Positions 35,738-44,239 of a DNA stretch of 64,000 nt are shown here, in pieces. Position 1 is the stretch's first letter; each line of letters starts with the position of its first letter. Below the pieces are notes generated by a model. The model saw only the letters and a program-made list of their open reading frames with translations. It was not told where the DNA came from and did no database searches. Both the position numbers and the translations under genes were made by a program. The stretch is from an uncultured Thermoanaerobaculia bacterium (GTDB taxonomy: Bacteria; Acidobacteriota; Thermoanaerobaculia; Thermoanaerobaculales; Sulfomarinibacteraceae), in assembly GCA_964420405.1 (NCBI GenBank), contig CAYQTL010000006.1, positions 11,483 through 75,482 of the forward strand. The letters run 5' to 3'.

Positions 35738-37165
35738 TTACGGCCTCTGCCGGTACGCGGTGCGGTCGATGCCGAGGCGGTTGAGCTTGCGCAGGAGGGT
35801 CCGGCGGCTGATGCCGGCGAGCTCGGCGGTGCGCTGGACGCGGCCGCCGGTGCGGGAGAGGGCGGCTCGCAGGTAGGTCTCCTCGGCGCGATCGGCGGCC
35901 GTGCGGACCGCCTCGGGCAGGGGTCGTCCGAGGTCCGGCACGTCACCGAGGTCGCCGTTCGTGGCCGGCGACTCGAGGGGAGGGGAGACCAGGGTCTCGA
36001 ACGCGGCGGCCGTCAGGCGGTCGCGGCCGTGATGGGTCAGCAGCAGGCGCTCGGTGAGGTTCTCGAGCTCGCGGACGTTGCCCGGCCAGGGGTAGGTCTG
36101 GAACGCGTCGAGGAAGCTGTCCTCGAGGTCGGGCCGCGGCAACCCGTGGTGCTCCGACAGCCGGCGGAGGAAGTGGCCGAAAAGAAACAGGATGTCCTCC
36201 GGGCGGTCGCGCAGCGGCGGTACCACGACCCGGATGACGTCGAGCCGGTACAGCAGGTCGGCGCGGAAGTCCTCGCCCGCCACCGCCTCGTCGAGCCGCA
36301 CGCTGGTCGCGGCGATCACCCGCACGTCCACGTCCAGCTCGTGCTCGCTGCCAACCGGCCGGACGCGGCCCTCCTGGAGGACCCGCAGCAGGCGGTACTG
36401 CACCTGCAGGGGGATGCTGCCGACCTCGTCGAGGAACAGGGTGCCGCGGTCGGCGGCACGGAACAGGCCGTCCTTCTCGCCCTCGGCGCCGGTGAAGGCG
36501 CCGCGGACGTAGCCGAACAGCTCCGAGTCGATCAGGTTCTCCGGCACCGCGGAGCAGTTGATCGAGACCATCCTGCCGGGGCGCTCCGACCGGCGGTGGA
36601 ACGCCCTCGCCAGCAGCTCCTTGCCGGTCCCGGTCTCGCCGAGGATCAGCGCCGTCGCGTCGGTGGCCGCGGTCCGCACGCAGACCTCGAACACGTCGCG
36701 CATCCGCTGGCTGCGGCTGAGCATGCCCTCGAACTCCCAGCTCGAGGCGATCCTCTCCTGGTGCTCGAGCAGCCGCGGCAGGTACTGCTGCTCCTCGACG
36801 ATGTCCAGGACCCGCTGTGCGAGCGCCTCCGGGTCGTCGTCGAGCACCACGTCGCGCGCGCCCTCCAGCAGCGCCCGGCGGACCGTTCGGGCGTCGGCGT
36901 CCGGCACCCACGCGACGACGTCGAGGAACGGCGCCTGCTGGCGGAGTCGGTGGACGAACCGGTCCACCGCCGCGACCTCCGCGAGGGCGTCCGGGCAGAC
37001 CACGCAGGCCCGCGCGCGGGCCCGGCGGGCGCCGGCGAGCAGCTCCGCGGCGGTTCCGAAACGGTGCACCTCCACCCCCCGCGTGCGCAGGGCGGCGTCC
37101 AACCGGTCGCACGTTCCCACGGTCAGAAGTCGGATCGGCGCGTTGTCGGGCACGGAATCTCCCAC
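35738..37165 (-). CDS. sigma-54-dependent transcriptional activator (NtrC/Fis family EBP) with degenerate receiver domain
   Basis: GTG start 37165. AAA+ core with Walker A GETGTGKE, the sigma-54 contact loop GAFTGA, RVIAATS, and a C-terminal Fis-type HTH AELAGISRRTLLRKLNRLG. The N-terminal ~120 aa are receiver-like but lack the usual acidic pocket and lysine. Confidence 0.9.
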   Translation of the reverse strand: MGDSVPDNAPIRLLTVGTCDRLDAALRTRGVEVHRFGTAAELLAGARRARARACVVCPDALAEVAAVDRFVHRLRQQAPFLDVVAWVPDADARTVRRALLEGARDVVLDDDPEALAQRVLDIVEEQQYLPRLLEHQERIASSWEFEGMLSRSQRMRDVFEVCVRTAATDATALILGETGTGKELLARAFHRRSERPGRMVSINCSAVPENLIDSELFGYVRGAFTGAEGEKDGLFRAADRGTLFLDEVGSIPLQVQYRLLRVLQEGRVRPVGSEHELDVDVRVIAATSVRLDEAVAGEDFRADLLYRLDVIRVVVPPLRDRPEDILFLFGHFLRRLSEHHGLPRPDLEDSFLDAFQTYPWPGNVRELENLTERLLLTHHGRDRLTAAAFETLVSPPLESPATNGDLGDVPDLGRPLPEAVRTAADRAEETYLRAALSRTGGRVQRTAELAGISRRTLLRKLNRLGIDRTAYRQRP

Positions 37166-37172
37166 GATGCAC

Positions 37173-37221
37173 GGGACAACAGCGTCCCATTCTGGTGGAT
37201 TCCATGAGACAGCAATGTCCC
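37173..37221. promoter_or_regulatory. two palindromic upstream activator-like sites (candidate EBP binding sites)
   Basis: GGGACAACAGCGTCCC (37173..37188) and GAGACAGCAATGTCCC (37206..37221), each followed by ATTC. Centres are 33 bp apart, roughly 70 and 100 bp upstream of the -24 element. Confidence 0.5.
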
Positions 37222-37285
37222 ATTCATGGCAGCCGGAGGATGCGCGCCGGCCCCAGGAGGCAAGCCACCGCAGCGTTCCCCCTAT

Positions 37286-37303
37286 CTGGCACGGTCCGTG
37301 CTG
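37286..37303 (+). promoter_or_regulatory. sigma-54 (-24/-12) promoter upstream of argC
   Basis: CTGGCACGGTCCGTGCTG against the consensus YTGGCACGrNNNTTGCW: GG and GC are correctly spaced and there is one mismatch (G for T at the first T of TTGC). It lies 64 nt upstream of the argC ATG and faces the arg operon. Confidence 0.6.
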
Positions 37304-37365
37304 TCCACGGAGCAGGGCCCGACCTGCACCCAGGCAGCCTCGCGGCCCGGAGGAGTGACCACGCC

Positions 37366-38409
37366 ATGACAGTCCAGCTCTCGCATCGCCCGGCGGCCAC
37401 GGGTGTGCTCGGCGCCACCGGCAGCACCGGGGTGGAGCTCGCCCGGCTGCTGTCCGCCCACCCCGGTCTCGAGCTCGGGTTCGGGACCTCCCGGGAGCTC
37501 GCCGGCCGGTCGCTCTCCGAGGTGGATCCCGCCGCTCCCGAGCTGCGGCTCACGGCACCGGACGACGTCGACCCGTCGGCGGTCGACGTGGTCTTCCTGT
37601 GCCTGCCCCACGGTGCGTCGGCACCGGTCGCCCGGGAGATGCTCGACCGTGGGGCACGGGCGGTGGTGGACCTGTCGGGCGATCTCCGGCTCGGGGATGC
37701 CGCGACCCACGCCGAGTTCTACGGCTCGGAACGCTCCGAGGAGCTGGCCGGACGCGCCGTCTACGGGCTTCCGGAGCTGACCCGCGACGCGGTGCGCGCG
37801 GCCCGGGTGGTGTCCAACCCGGGCTGCTACGCGACGGCCGTCGCCCTCGCCCTGCTGCCGCTCGCCGAAAGCGGGAACCTGCCCGATGGTGCCTACGTGG
37901 ACGCCAAGTCGGGCGTCTCCGGAGCGGGTCGCGCGGCCACCCCGACGACCCACTTCTGCTCGGCCCACGACGACATCCGCCCGTACACGGTGGGACGGGT
38001 CCACCGCCACGTCCCGGAGATGGAGCAGACCCTGCGGACGGCCGGCGGCAAAGACAGCTGCTCGCTGGTGTTCGTCCCCCACCTCGTCCCGCTCGAGCGG
38101 GGCATTCTCGCGACCTGCGTGGTACGCGGCACCGGGCTCGGGCCGGAGGAGATCCGCCGGCTCTACGCCGAGCGGTACGCCGGCGAGCCGTTCGTCCAGC
38201 TGCTCCCCGACGGCGGGCACGCTCGGATCCGGGCGGTGGCGCACTCCAACCGCGCGGTCATCAGCCTCCACCCGGTGCCCGACGTCGACCTGCTGATCGT
38301 CGCCTGCGCCATCGACAACCTCGGCAAGGGGGCCGCCGGCCAGGCGGTCCAGAACGCCAACCTGATGCTCGGACGGCCCGAGGTCGAGGGCCTGCGCGGT
38401 TTCGCGTGA
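37366..38409 (+). CDS. argC: N-acetyl-gamma-glutamyl-phosphate reductase
   Basis: ATG after GGAGGAG. GATGSTGVELARLL NAD motif and the catalytic SNPGCYAT. 347 aa. Confidence 0.95.
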   Translation: MTVQLSHRPAATGVLGATGSTGVELARLLSAHPGLELGFGTSRELAGRSLSEVDPAAPELRLTAPDDVDPSAVDVVFLCLPHGASAPVAREMLDRGARAVVDLSGDLRLGDAATHAEFYGSERSEELAGRAVYGLPELTRDAVRAARVVSNPGCYATAVALALLPLAESGNLPDGAYVDAKSGVSGAGRAATPTTHFCSAHDDIRPYTVGRVHRHVPEMEQTLRTAGGKDSCSLVFVPHLVPLERGILATCVVRGTGLGPEEIRRLYAERYAGEPFVQLLPDGGHARIRAVAHSNRAVISLHPVPDVDLLIVACAIDNLGKGAAGQAVQNANLMLGRPEVEGLRGFA

Positions 38410-38426
38410 TCGGACCGAGTCGGAGC

Positions 38427-39224
38427 ATGGAGCCCGGGATGAGCACGACCATCGAGCACTCCATCACCGTCCTGAAGGTCGGCGGCGCGCGCCTCGCGTC
38501 GGCCGCGGACCTGGACCGGCTGGCCGACCAGGTCGAGGCCCTGCGGCGCGATGGCCAGCAGGCGGTCGTGGTCCACGGCGGCGGGCCGGAGATCAGCGAC
38601 CTGCACGACCGTCTCGGGATCCCCTTCGAGAGGGTGGACGGGCTGCGTGCGACCTCGGACGACGGCATGCACGTGACCACCATGGTGCTGTGCGGCGCCG
38701 TCAGGACGCGGATCGTCGAGCGGCTGACCGCGAGGGGCATCGACTGCCTCGGCGTCAGTGGGGTGGACCTGGGCCTGCTGCGGGCCCCGTTCGCCGACGA
38801 GACGACGCTCGGCCGGGTGGGCGGGCCGCCCGACGTGGACGTGGAAGCGTTCGGGCGGCTGCTCGCCACCGGCGCCATCCTGGTGGTGTCGCCGGTGTCG
38901 ATCGGCCCCGACGGCCGGGCGGTCAACGTCAACGCCGACGACGCCGCCCACGCGATCGCCACCGCCGCCGGCGCCCGGTCGCTGGACTTCGTCAGCGACA
39001 TCGCGGGAGTGCGCACGGGAACCGGCCGGGTCGCGCGGCATCTCGGCCCGACCGGGGTCGACGAGCTGGTCGCCAGCGGCGCGGTCCGCGGCGGCATGGT
39101 TCCGAAGCTGAGGGCCGCGGTCGCGGCGGTACGCGCCGGCGTCGACCGCGTCCGCATCGGCGACCTCGCCTCCATGGCCGCCGGCCGGGCCACCGTCATC
39201 ACCGCAGAGGAGTCCACGTCATGA
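38427..39224 (+). CDS. argB: acetylglutamate kinase
   Basis: VLKVGGA...VVVHGGGPEI...NVNADDAA motifs of the amino acid kinase family. ATG 38427 (ATG 38439 is an alternative). The stop overlaps the argD start (ATGA). Confidence 0.9.
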   Translation: MEPGMSTTIEHSITVLKVGGARLASAADLDRLADQVEALRRDGQQAVVVHGGGPEISDLHDRLGIPFERVDGLRATSDDGMHVTTMVLCGAVRTRIVERLTARGIDCLGVSGVDLGLLRAPFADETTLGRVGGPPDVDVEAFGRLLATGAILVVSPVSIGPDGRAVNVNADDAAHAIATAAGARSLDFVSDIAGVRTGTGRVARHLGPTGVDELVASGAVRGGMVPKLRAAVAAVRAGVDRVRIGDLASMAAGRATVITAEESTS

Positions 39225-40486
39225 GCACACCCACGACCACCACCACCGCCACCACGACCGGCACGGCCACGGCCGGGACCGGGCGGACCCCCGACCCCGT
39301 CCCCGCCGACGAGCTGCTGGACCTCGCCGACCGCGTGCTCGCGCCGACCTACCGCCGGCCGCGGCAGCTGTTCGTCGACGGCCGCGGCGCGAGGCTGTGG
39401 GACGCCGACGGCGCCGAGTACCTGGACATGACGAGCGGCATTGCCGTGCTCGCCCTCGGCCACCGCTCGGAGACCGTCGCCGAGGCGATCCGCGCCGGCG
39501 CCGCCGAGCCGGTGCACTACTCGAACCTGTACCACTCGGAGCCGGCCGTCCGCCTCGCCGCCCGGCTGGTCGAGCTGTCGTTCGCGGACTCGGTGTTCTT
39601 CGCCAACTCCGGCGCCGAGGCGGTGGAGGCCGCCATCAAGCTCGCGCGACTCGCCGCCGGCGAGGGACGCCACGAGATCGTCCACTTCACCGGCGCCTTC
39701 CACGGCCGGACGCTGGGCGCCCTCGCGGCCACCGACCGGCCCGACCACCAGGACCCGTTCCGTCCCCTCGCGGGGGGGTTCCGGATCGCGCCGTGGAACG
39801 ACGACGAGGCCCTCGGGAGGATCACGGAGCGCACCGCGGCGGTCATCCTGGAGCCCATCCAGGGGGAGATGGGAGTGCGCGTCGCCGATCCGGAGTGGGC
39901 GCGGCGCGTGCGCGAGCAGTGCGACCGGGTCGGCGCGCTGCTCGTCCTCGACGAGATCCAGTGCGGCGTCGGTCGCACCGGCGACCTGTGGGCACACAAT
40001 CATCTGGGAGTGACCCCGGACCTGCTGACCGTCGCCAAGCCGTTGGCGGGGGGACTACCGATCGGCGCCGTGCTGATGACCCGCTCCGTGGCCGACACGA
40101 TCTCGCCGGGAATGCACGGGACGACCTTCGGAGGCGGCCCGCTGGTGACCAGGGTCGCACTGGCGGTGCTCGACACCGTCGCCGACCCGGCCTTCCTGGC
40201 CCGGGTCCGGGAGCTCGGCCGTCACCTCGGACGCCGGCTCGAGGAGCTGGCCGGGCTGCCGGCGGTCGACGAGATCCGCGGCCGGGGCCTCATGCGAGGA
40301 GTGCGCGTCCGCCCGCCGGTCGCGGATGTCGTGCGGGCGGCCCACGAGCGGCGCCTCCTTGTGGTGCCGAGCGCCGACGCCGTGGTCCGGATCCTACCGC
40401 CGCTCGACACCACCGAGGCCGAGCTCGACCTGTGCGTCGACCGTTTGCGCGACGCGATCCTCGCCGCCGGGCGGGAGGCCGCATGA
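39221..40486 (+). CDS. argD: acetylornithine aminotransferase (class III PLP enzyme) with Thr-rich N-terminal extension
   Basis: FANSGAEAVEAAIKLAR, LVLDEIQCGVGRTG, LTVAKPLAGGLP (PLP lysine). N-terminus MSTPTTTTTATTTGTATAGTG. ATGA overlaps at both ends. Confidence 0.9.
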   Translation: MSTPTTTTTATTTGTATAGTGRTPDPVPADELLDLADRVLAPTYRRPRQLFVDGRGARLWDADGAEYLDMTSGIAVLALGHRSETVAEAIRAGAAEPVHYSNLYHSEPAVRLAARLVELSFADSVFFANSGAEAVEAAIKLARLAAGEGRHEIVHFTGAFHGRTLGALAATDRPDHQDPFRPLAGGFRIAPWNDDEALGRITERTAAVILEPIQGEMGVRVADPEWARRVREQCDRVGALLVLDEIQCGVGRTGDLWAHNHLGVTPDLLTVAKPLAGGLPIGAVLMTRSVADTISPGMHGTTFGGGPLVTRVALAVLDTVADPAFLARVRELGRHLGRRLEELAGLPAVDEIRGRGLMRGVRVRPPVADVVRAAHERRLLVVPSADAVVRILPPLDTTEAELDLCVDRLRDAILAAGREAA

Positions 40487-41007
40487 CCACCGCCACGACG
40501 ACGACGCACCGTCTGCCGGCCGTGGCGCCCGCCGGCGAGCGTGACGTCGACGAGATCGTCGCTGTGGTCCGCCAGCGGGCGCCCGAGACGATCCCGGTGA
40601 CCGCCGTGGATGTCCGTCGGAGGCTCGACCGCTTTCGCGTGATCCGCGAGGACGGCCGGGTGATCGCCACCGCGATGCTGCAGCCGGTCGCCGGCAGCCC
40701 GCGACTCGAGCTGCGCAGCGTGGCGGTGGCCGACGGCCACGGCGGCCGCGGTCTCGGCAGCCGGTTGGTGCGCGCCCTGCAGGAGGAGGCCCATCGGCAC
40801 GGCCGGCGGGTGGTGTGCGTCACCACCTCGCCCGGCTTCTTCGAGCGCCTCGGCTTCGAGCGCGCGCCGCTCGATCTCGTCCCCGTCAAGCCCGAGCGCC
40901 GCCGCTGGCCGGTCGAGGGCCGGCGCGTGGCGATGTCGTGGCGACCGCAGACCGACGACCGAAGGAGAGACGACCATGTCCACAGTGCCTTCCGCCGCAG
41001 CGCCTGA
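40483..41007 (+). CDS. GNAT acetyltransferase, candidate single-domain (short) N-acetylglutamate synthase (174 aa)
   Basis: Embedded in the arg operon. GNAT acetyl-CoA motif VAVADGHGGRGLGSRLVRAL. The start ATG overlaps the argD stop (ATGA). N-terminus MTTATTTTH. Confidence 0.75.
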   Translation: MTTATTTTHRLPAVAPAGERDVDEIVAVVRQRAPETIPVTAVDVRRRLDRFRVIREDGRVIATAMLQPVAGSPRLELRSVAVADGHGGRGLGSRLVRALQEEAHRHGRRVVCVTTSPGFFERLGFERAPLDLVPVKPERRRWPVEGRRVAMSWRPQTDDRRRDDHVHSAFRRSA

Positions 41008-42229
41008 GACCACATCGGAACGCCTCCCACGGCAGCGGCCGCTGGACGTCCCCGGCGTCCGGACGGCCGCAGTCCGGACCGGCGTGAAGCCGAGCGGCGA
41101 GCTCGACCTGGCCTTGATCGACATGGGCCGGCCGGTGACGGCCGCGGCCGTGTTCACCACCAACGAGCTGTGCGCCCCGCCGGTGACGGAGTGCCGTCGG
41201 CGGCTCGCCGCGGACCCGCGGGCCCGCGTGGTCGCAGTCAACAGCGGCAACGCCAACGCCATGACCGGGGCCCGCGGCGCCGACGACGCGCGGGCGATGC
41301 TCGACCGCGTCGAGGCGCGGTGCGGCGGGCCGGCGCTGGTGCTCTCGACCGGCGTCATCGGCGTCCCGCTGCCGCTGGACCGGGTGCTGGACGGGATCGA
41401 CCGTGCGGCGTTGGAGCTCGCCCCGGACGGGGGCGACCGCGTCGCCCGGGCGATGCTCACCACCGACACCTGCACCAAGACCTCGGCCCGGCAGGTGCTG
41501 CTCCCCGCAGAGGGGGGCGATCGGGAGCGTGCGGTCGTCGTCAGCGGTGTCGCCAAGGGCTCGGGGATGATCCACCCGGACATGGCGACGATGCTCGCGG
41601 TGATCGCCACCGAGGCGCCGCTGGAGCCGGCGGGCGCGCGGCGGATCCTCGGGGAGGCGGTGGACGCGTCGTTCCACACCATCACCGTCGACGGCGACAC
41701 CAGCACCAACGACGCCGTCGTGCTGCTCGCCGGCGGTGCCGACATGCCGACGGTGGGCGCCGACGGCGGACGCGGCCGGCGGCTCGCCGGAGCTGTCCGC
41801 GAGGTGGCGGCCGACCTCGCCCTGGCCATCGTCCGCGACGGTGAGGGCGCCTCCCGCGTGGCCCGCATCGACGTCACCGGAGCACGGACAGCCGACGAGG
41901 CCCGCCGGGTGGCGCGCTCGATCGCCTGCTCGAGCCTCGTCAAGACGGCGCTGGCCGGCGGCGACCCGAACTGGGGCCGGATCCTGTCGGCCGCCGCCAA
42001 CGCCGGGGTGGGCCTGGAGGGCGAGCGCCTCGAGCTGCGGCTCGGGGGGATCCCGGTGTTCCGGGGCGGCCTCCCGCTGGAGGTGGACCAGGGGCCGGTG
42101 GACCGGGCGTTCTCCGGCGACGAGGTCGGAATCGCGCTCGATCTCGGGCTCGGCGACGCCGGCGCGACGATGTACACCACCGACTTGACGAAGGGCTACG
42201 TGGAGATCAACTCCGAGTACACCACCTGA
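40976..42229 (+). CDS. argJ: bifunctional glutamate N-acetyltransferase / amino-acid acetyltransferase
   Basis: ATG after AAGGAGAG. KGSGMIHPDMATMLAVIATE contains the autoproteolytic ATML site. TVDGDTSTNDAV. C-terminal INSEYTT is typical of ArgJ. Confidence 0.95.
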   Translation: MSTVPSAAAPETTSERLPRQRPLDVPGVRTAAVRTGVKPSGELDLALIDMGRPVTAAAVFTTNELCAPPVTECRRRLAADPRARVVAVNSGNANAMTGARGADDARAMLDRVEARCGGPALVLSTGVIGVPLPLDRVLDGIDRAALELAPDGGDRVARAMLTTDTCTKTSARQVLLPAEGGDRERAVVVSGVAKGSGMIHPDMATMLAVIATEAPLEPAGARRILGEAVDASFHTITVDGDTSTNDAVVLLAGGADMPTVGADGGRGRRLAGAVREVAADLALAIVRDGEGASRVARIDVTGARTADEARRVARSIACSSLVKTALAGGDPNWGRILSAAANAGVGLEGERLELRLGGIPVFRGGLPLEVDQGPVDRAFSGDEVGIALDLGLGDAGATMYTTDLTKGYVEINSEYTT

Positions 42230-42511
42230 CGCTCCACCGTGCCGTGAGCGTGAAGATCGACGGCGCGCGCAGCGTCGGCTTGCAGCCGGCAGACCGTCGC
42301 CCGCAACCCGTGGCGCGGCCTGCCCCCCCCCGGAGGGTGGCGTCCCCCGGGGCGGTGTCGGCGGCCGGGTGCGAAGACCCTCACCCCGTCACCACGACGG
42401 TCCGCTCGGAAGGCCGACCTCCGAAGCGGTGCGCCCACACGAACGACAGCACTGCAGCAGGCGGCACGCCGGGGGCGCCGGGTGACCCGGAGCCCCCGCC
42501 GCTGCGGTCGG

Positions 42512-44239
42512 CTACCGGGGCGGCCGGCCCGGGATCACGTCGGACCACTCCGTCAGGTCTCCCCACTCCATGTTGTCCGCCAGCAGGGCGCGCGCGGCAC
42601 GGAGCCACAGGTTGGGGTACCGCGCGCACGGACCGCCGGTGATGCCGCCCATGGTGTCCGGGTAGCACGGCGGCTTCGCGTAGATCCCGTACGGGTCCAC
42701 GAAGTAGTACTCGTTGTCCGTCGGATCCCGTCGCGCGAAGAAGATGTGCAGGTGGGTGTTCGGGCCTCCGAGGCCCCGCTTGCCGCCCGGCCCGGTGTTG
42801 CCCGCCCACCCGAGGAAACCGCCAGCCGGCACCACGTCGCCGGCCTCGACGGGGATGCTCTGGGCGTTGGTTCCCCAGTGGTCGGTGTCGAGATTGCGGG
42901 AGCCGGGGTCCTGGGTGCAGCCGGTGGCGTTGAGATGCGCCTCGTAGTCGGTCAGATTCTGGCCCGAGAGGGTCGGGATGGTCTGGCTCCACGCCAGGGA
43001 GCAGTCGTGGTCGGCACCGTCTCGCATGTGCATGTACAGCGTGCGGAAGGCGTCCGGGACGCCGTCCACGGTGTGGCTGACGACCACCGTGTTGCCGGAC
43101 CAGTTGTCCCATCCGACGAACTCGACGGTGCCCGCCGCCGCGGCCTCGAGTGCGAACGTGTCGACGTCCGGCCGCGAGTAGTCGATGGCGTGGTGGTAGC
43201 CACCGTTGTGGTACCGCCAGGTACCGACGCGGTTCACCTCCGGGTCGCTGAACGGCAGCCGGAGGAAGGGGGTCGCGTCGAAGTGGACCGCCGACATGCG
43301 GATCCAGTCGCCGCCGGCGTCCGAGACCACCGGCCAGCGGTACCACTCGTGGCCGGTGACGAAGTAGTTGTAGGAGTCGGGCGCGACGACCTGGTTGGCA
43401 CACTCGGCCGCGCAGCCGGGATAGCGTTCCATGTCGAGCAGGTGGAGGCCGTCGCCGGCCCAGTCGTGCCAGCGGGAAAGGAAGTTCTCGGCGTCGACAC
43501 CGACCCACAGCCCGTAGCCCGCGGCCGACTCGCGCCAGACGCCGGCCCAGCGACGCTGCTGGTTCACGTGGTAGGTCTCGAGGTCGATCAGTCGCAGGCC
43601 CTGGCCGGCGAGGTCGTCCCACTGGTCGAGCAGCGACTGCCAGGTCGCACCGACCCACAGCGCGTGACCGTCGCTGCCCTGCCTCCAAACGCCGGCATAC
43701 CTGCGCACGCCCCCGTCCTCCCAGGTCTCGAGGTCGATCAGCCGCAGGCCCGCCGACGACAGCCGGCGCCACTCCTGCTCGAACTCGGACCAGGTGCCGC
43801 CCGACCAGAGAGCGTAGGCGTCGGTGCCAGCCCGCCAGACGCCGGCGTACAGCCGGGTGCCGCCGGCGACGTACGTCTCGAGGTCGATCAGCCGCAGGCC
43901 CTGGGCCGCGAGGGTGTTCCACTGGTCGACGAAACCGTCCCAGGTATCGCCCGACCAGAGGGCGTAGCCGTCGGTGCCGGCCCGCCAGACCCCGGAGTAC
44001 ACCCGCTCGCCGTCGCGGACGTCCGTCTCGAGGTCCACGAGCCGGAGATCCTGGTCCGCGAGGTCCGACCACACCGTGAGGAAATCGTCCCAGCTGCCTC
44101 CGATCCACAGCGCGTGGCCCGAGGTGGTATCCAACCACGCTCCGGCATAGGCATCCTGCGCGGCCGCCGGGGCGGCCACGCCGAGCATCATCGCCATCGC
44201 CGCCGACGCGACCATGGTCGAGATCCCGTTCCTCCTCAT
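42512..44239 (-). CDS. secreted M23-family metallopeptidase with five N-terminal tandem repeats (BTRD1/polyglycine-hydrolase-like) and a degenerate C-terminal tag (575 aa)
   Basis: Signal peptide MRRNGISTMVASAAMAMMLGVAAPAAAQ. Five ~50-aa repeats Y(A/S)GVWR.G.D.(Y/H)ALW.G.TW..F...W..L...GLRLIDLET. M23 motifs HHAIDYS (HxxxD) and HLHIFF (HxH). Ends LLADNMEWGDLTEWSDVIPGRPPR. Confidence 0.9.
   Translation of the reverse strand: MRRNGISTMVASAAMAMMLGVAAPAAAQDAYAGAWLDTTSGHALWIGGSWDDFLTVWSDLADQDLRLVDLETDVRDGERVYSGVWRAGTDGYALWSGDTWDGFVDQWNTLAAQGLRLIDLETYVAGGTRLYAGVWRAGTDAYALWSGGTWSEFEQEWRRLSSAGLRLIDLETWEDGGVRRYAGVWRQGSDGHALWVGATWQSLLDQWDDLAGQGLRLIDLETYHVNQQRRWAGVWRESAAGYGLWVGVDAENFLSRWHDWAGDGLHLLDMERYPGCAAECANQVVAPDSYNYFVTGHEWYRWPVVSDAGGDWIRMSAVHFDATPFLRLPFSDPEVNRVGTWRYHNGGYHHAIDYSRPDVDTFALEAAAAGTVEFVGWDNWSGNTVVVSHTVDGVPDAFRTLYMHMRDGADHDCSLAWSQTIPTLSGQNLTDYEAHLNATGCTQDPGSRNLDTDHWGTNAQSIPVEAGDVVPAGGFLGWAGNTGPGGKRGLGGPNTHLHIFFARRDPTDNEYYFVDPYGIYAKPPCYPDTMGGITGGPCARYPNLWLRAARALLADNMEWGDLTEWSDVIPGRPPR
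43415..44155 (-). repeat. five tandem ~150-nt coding repeats inside the M23 peptidase gene
   Basis: The repeat units are listed under the CDS. The recurring DNA strings ctcgaggtcgatcagccgcaggcc appear at about 43570, 43720 and 43870. Confidence 0.8.

Noticed and set aside
40976-41007. 32-nt overlap between the GNAT gene and argJ as a sign of frameshift or fusion
   Set aside because: argJ has its own strong SD (AAGGAGAG) and ATG, and the two proteins are in different frames with complete domains. The overlap is compatible with normal coupling.
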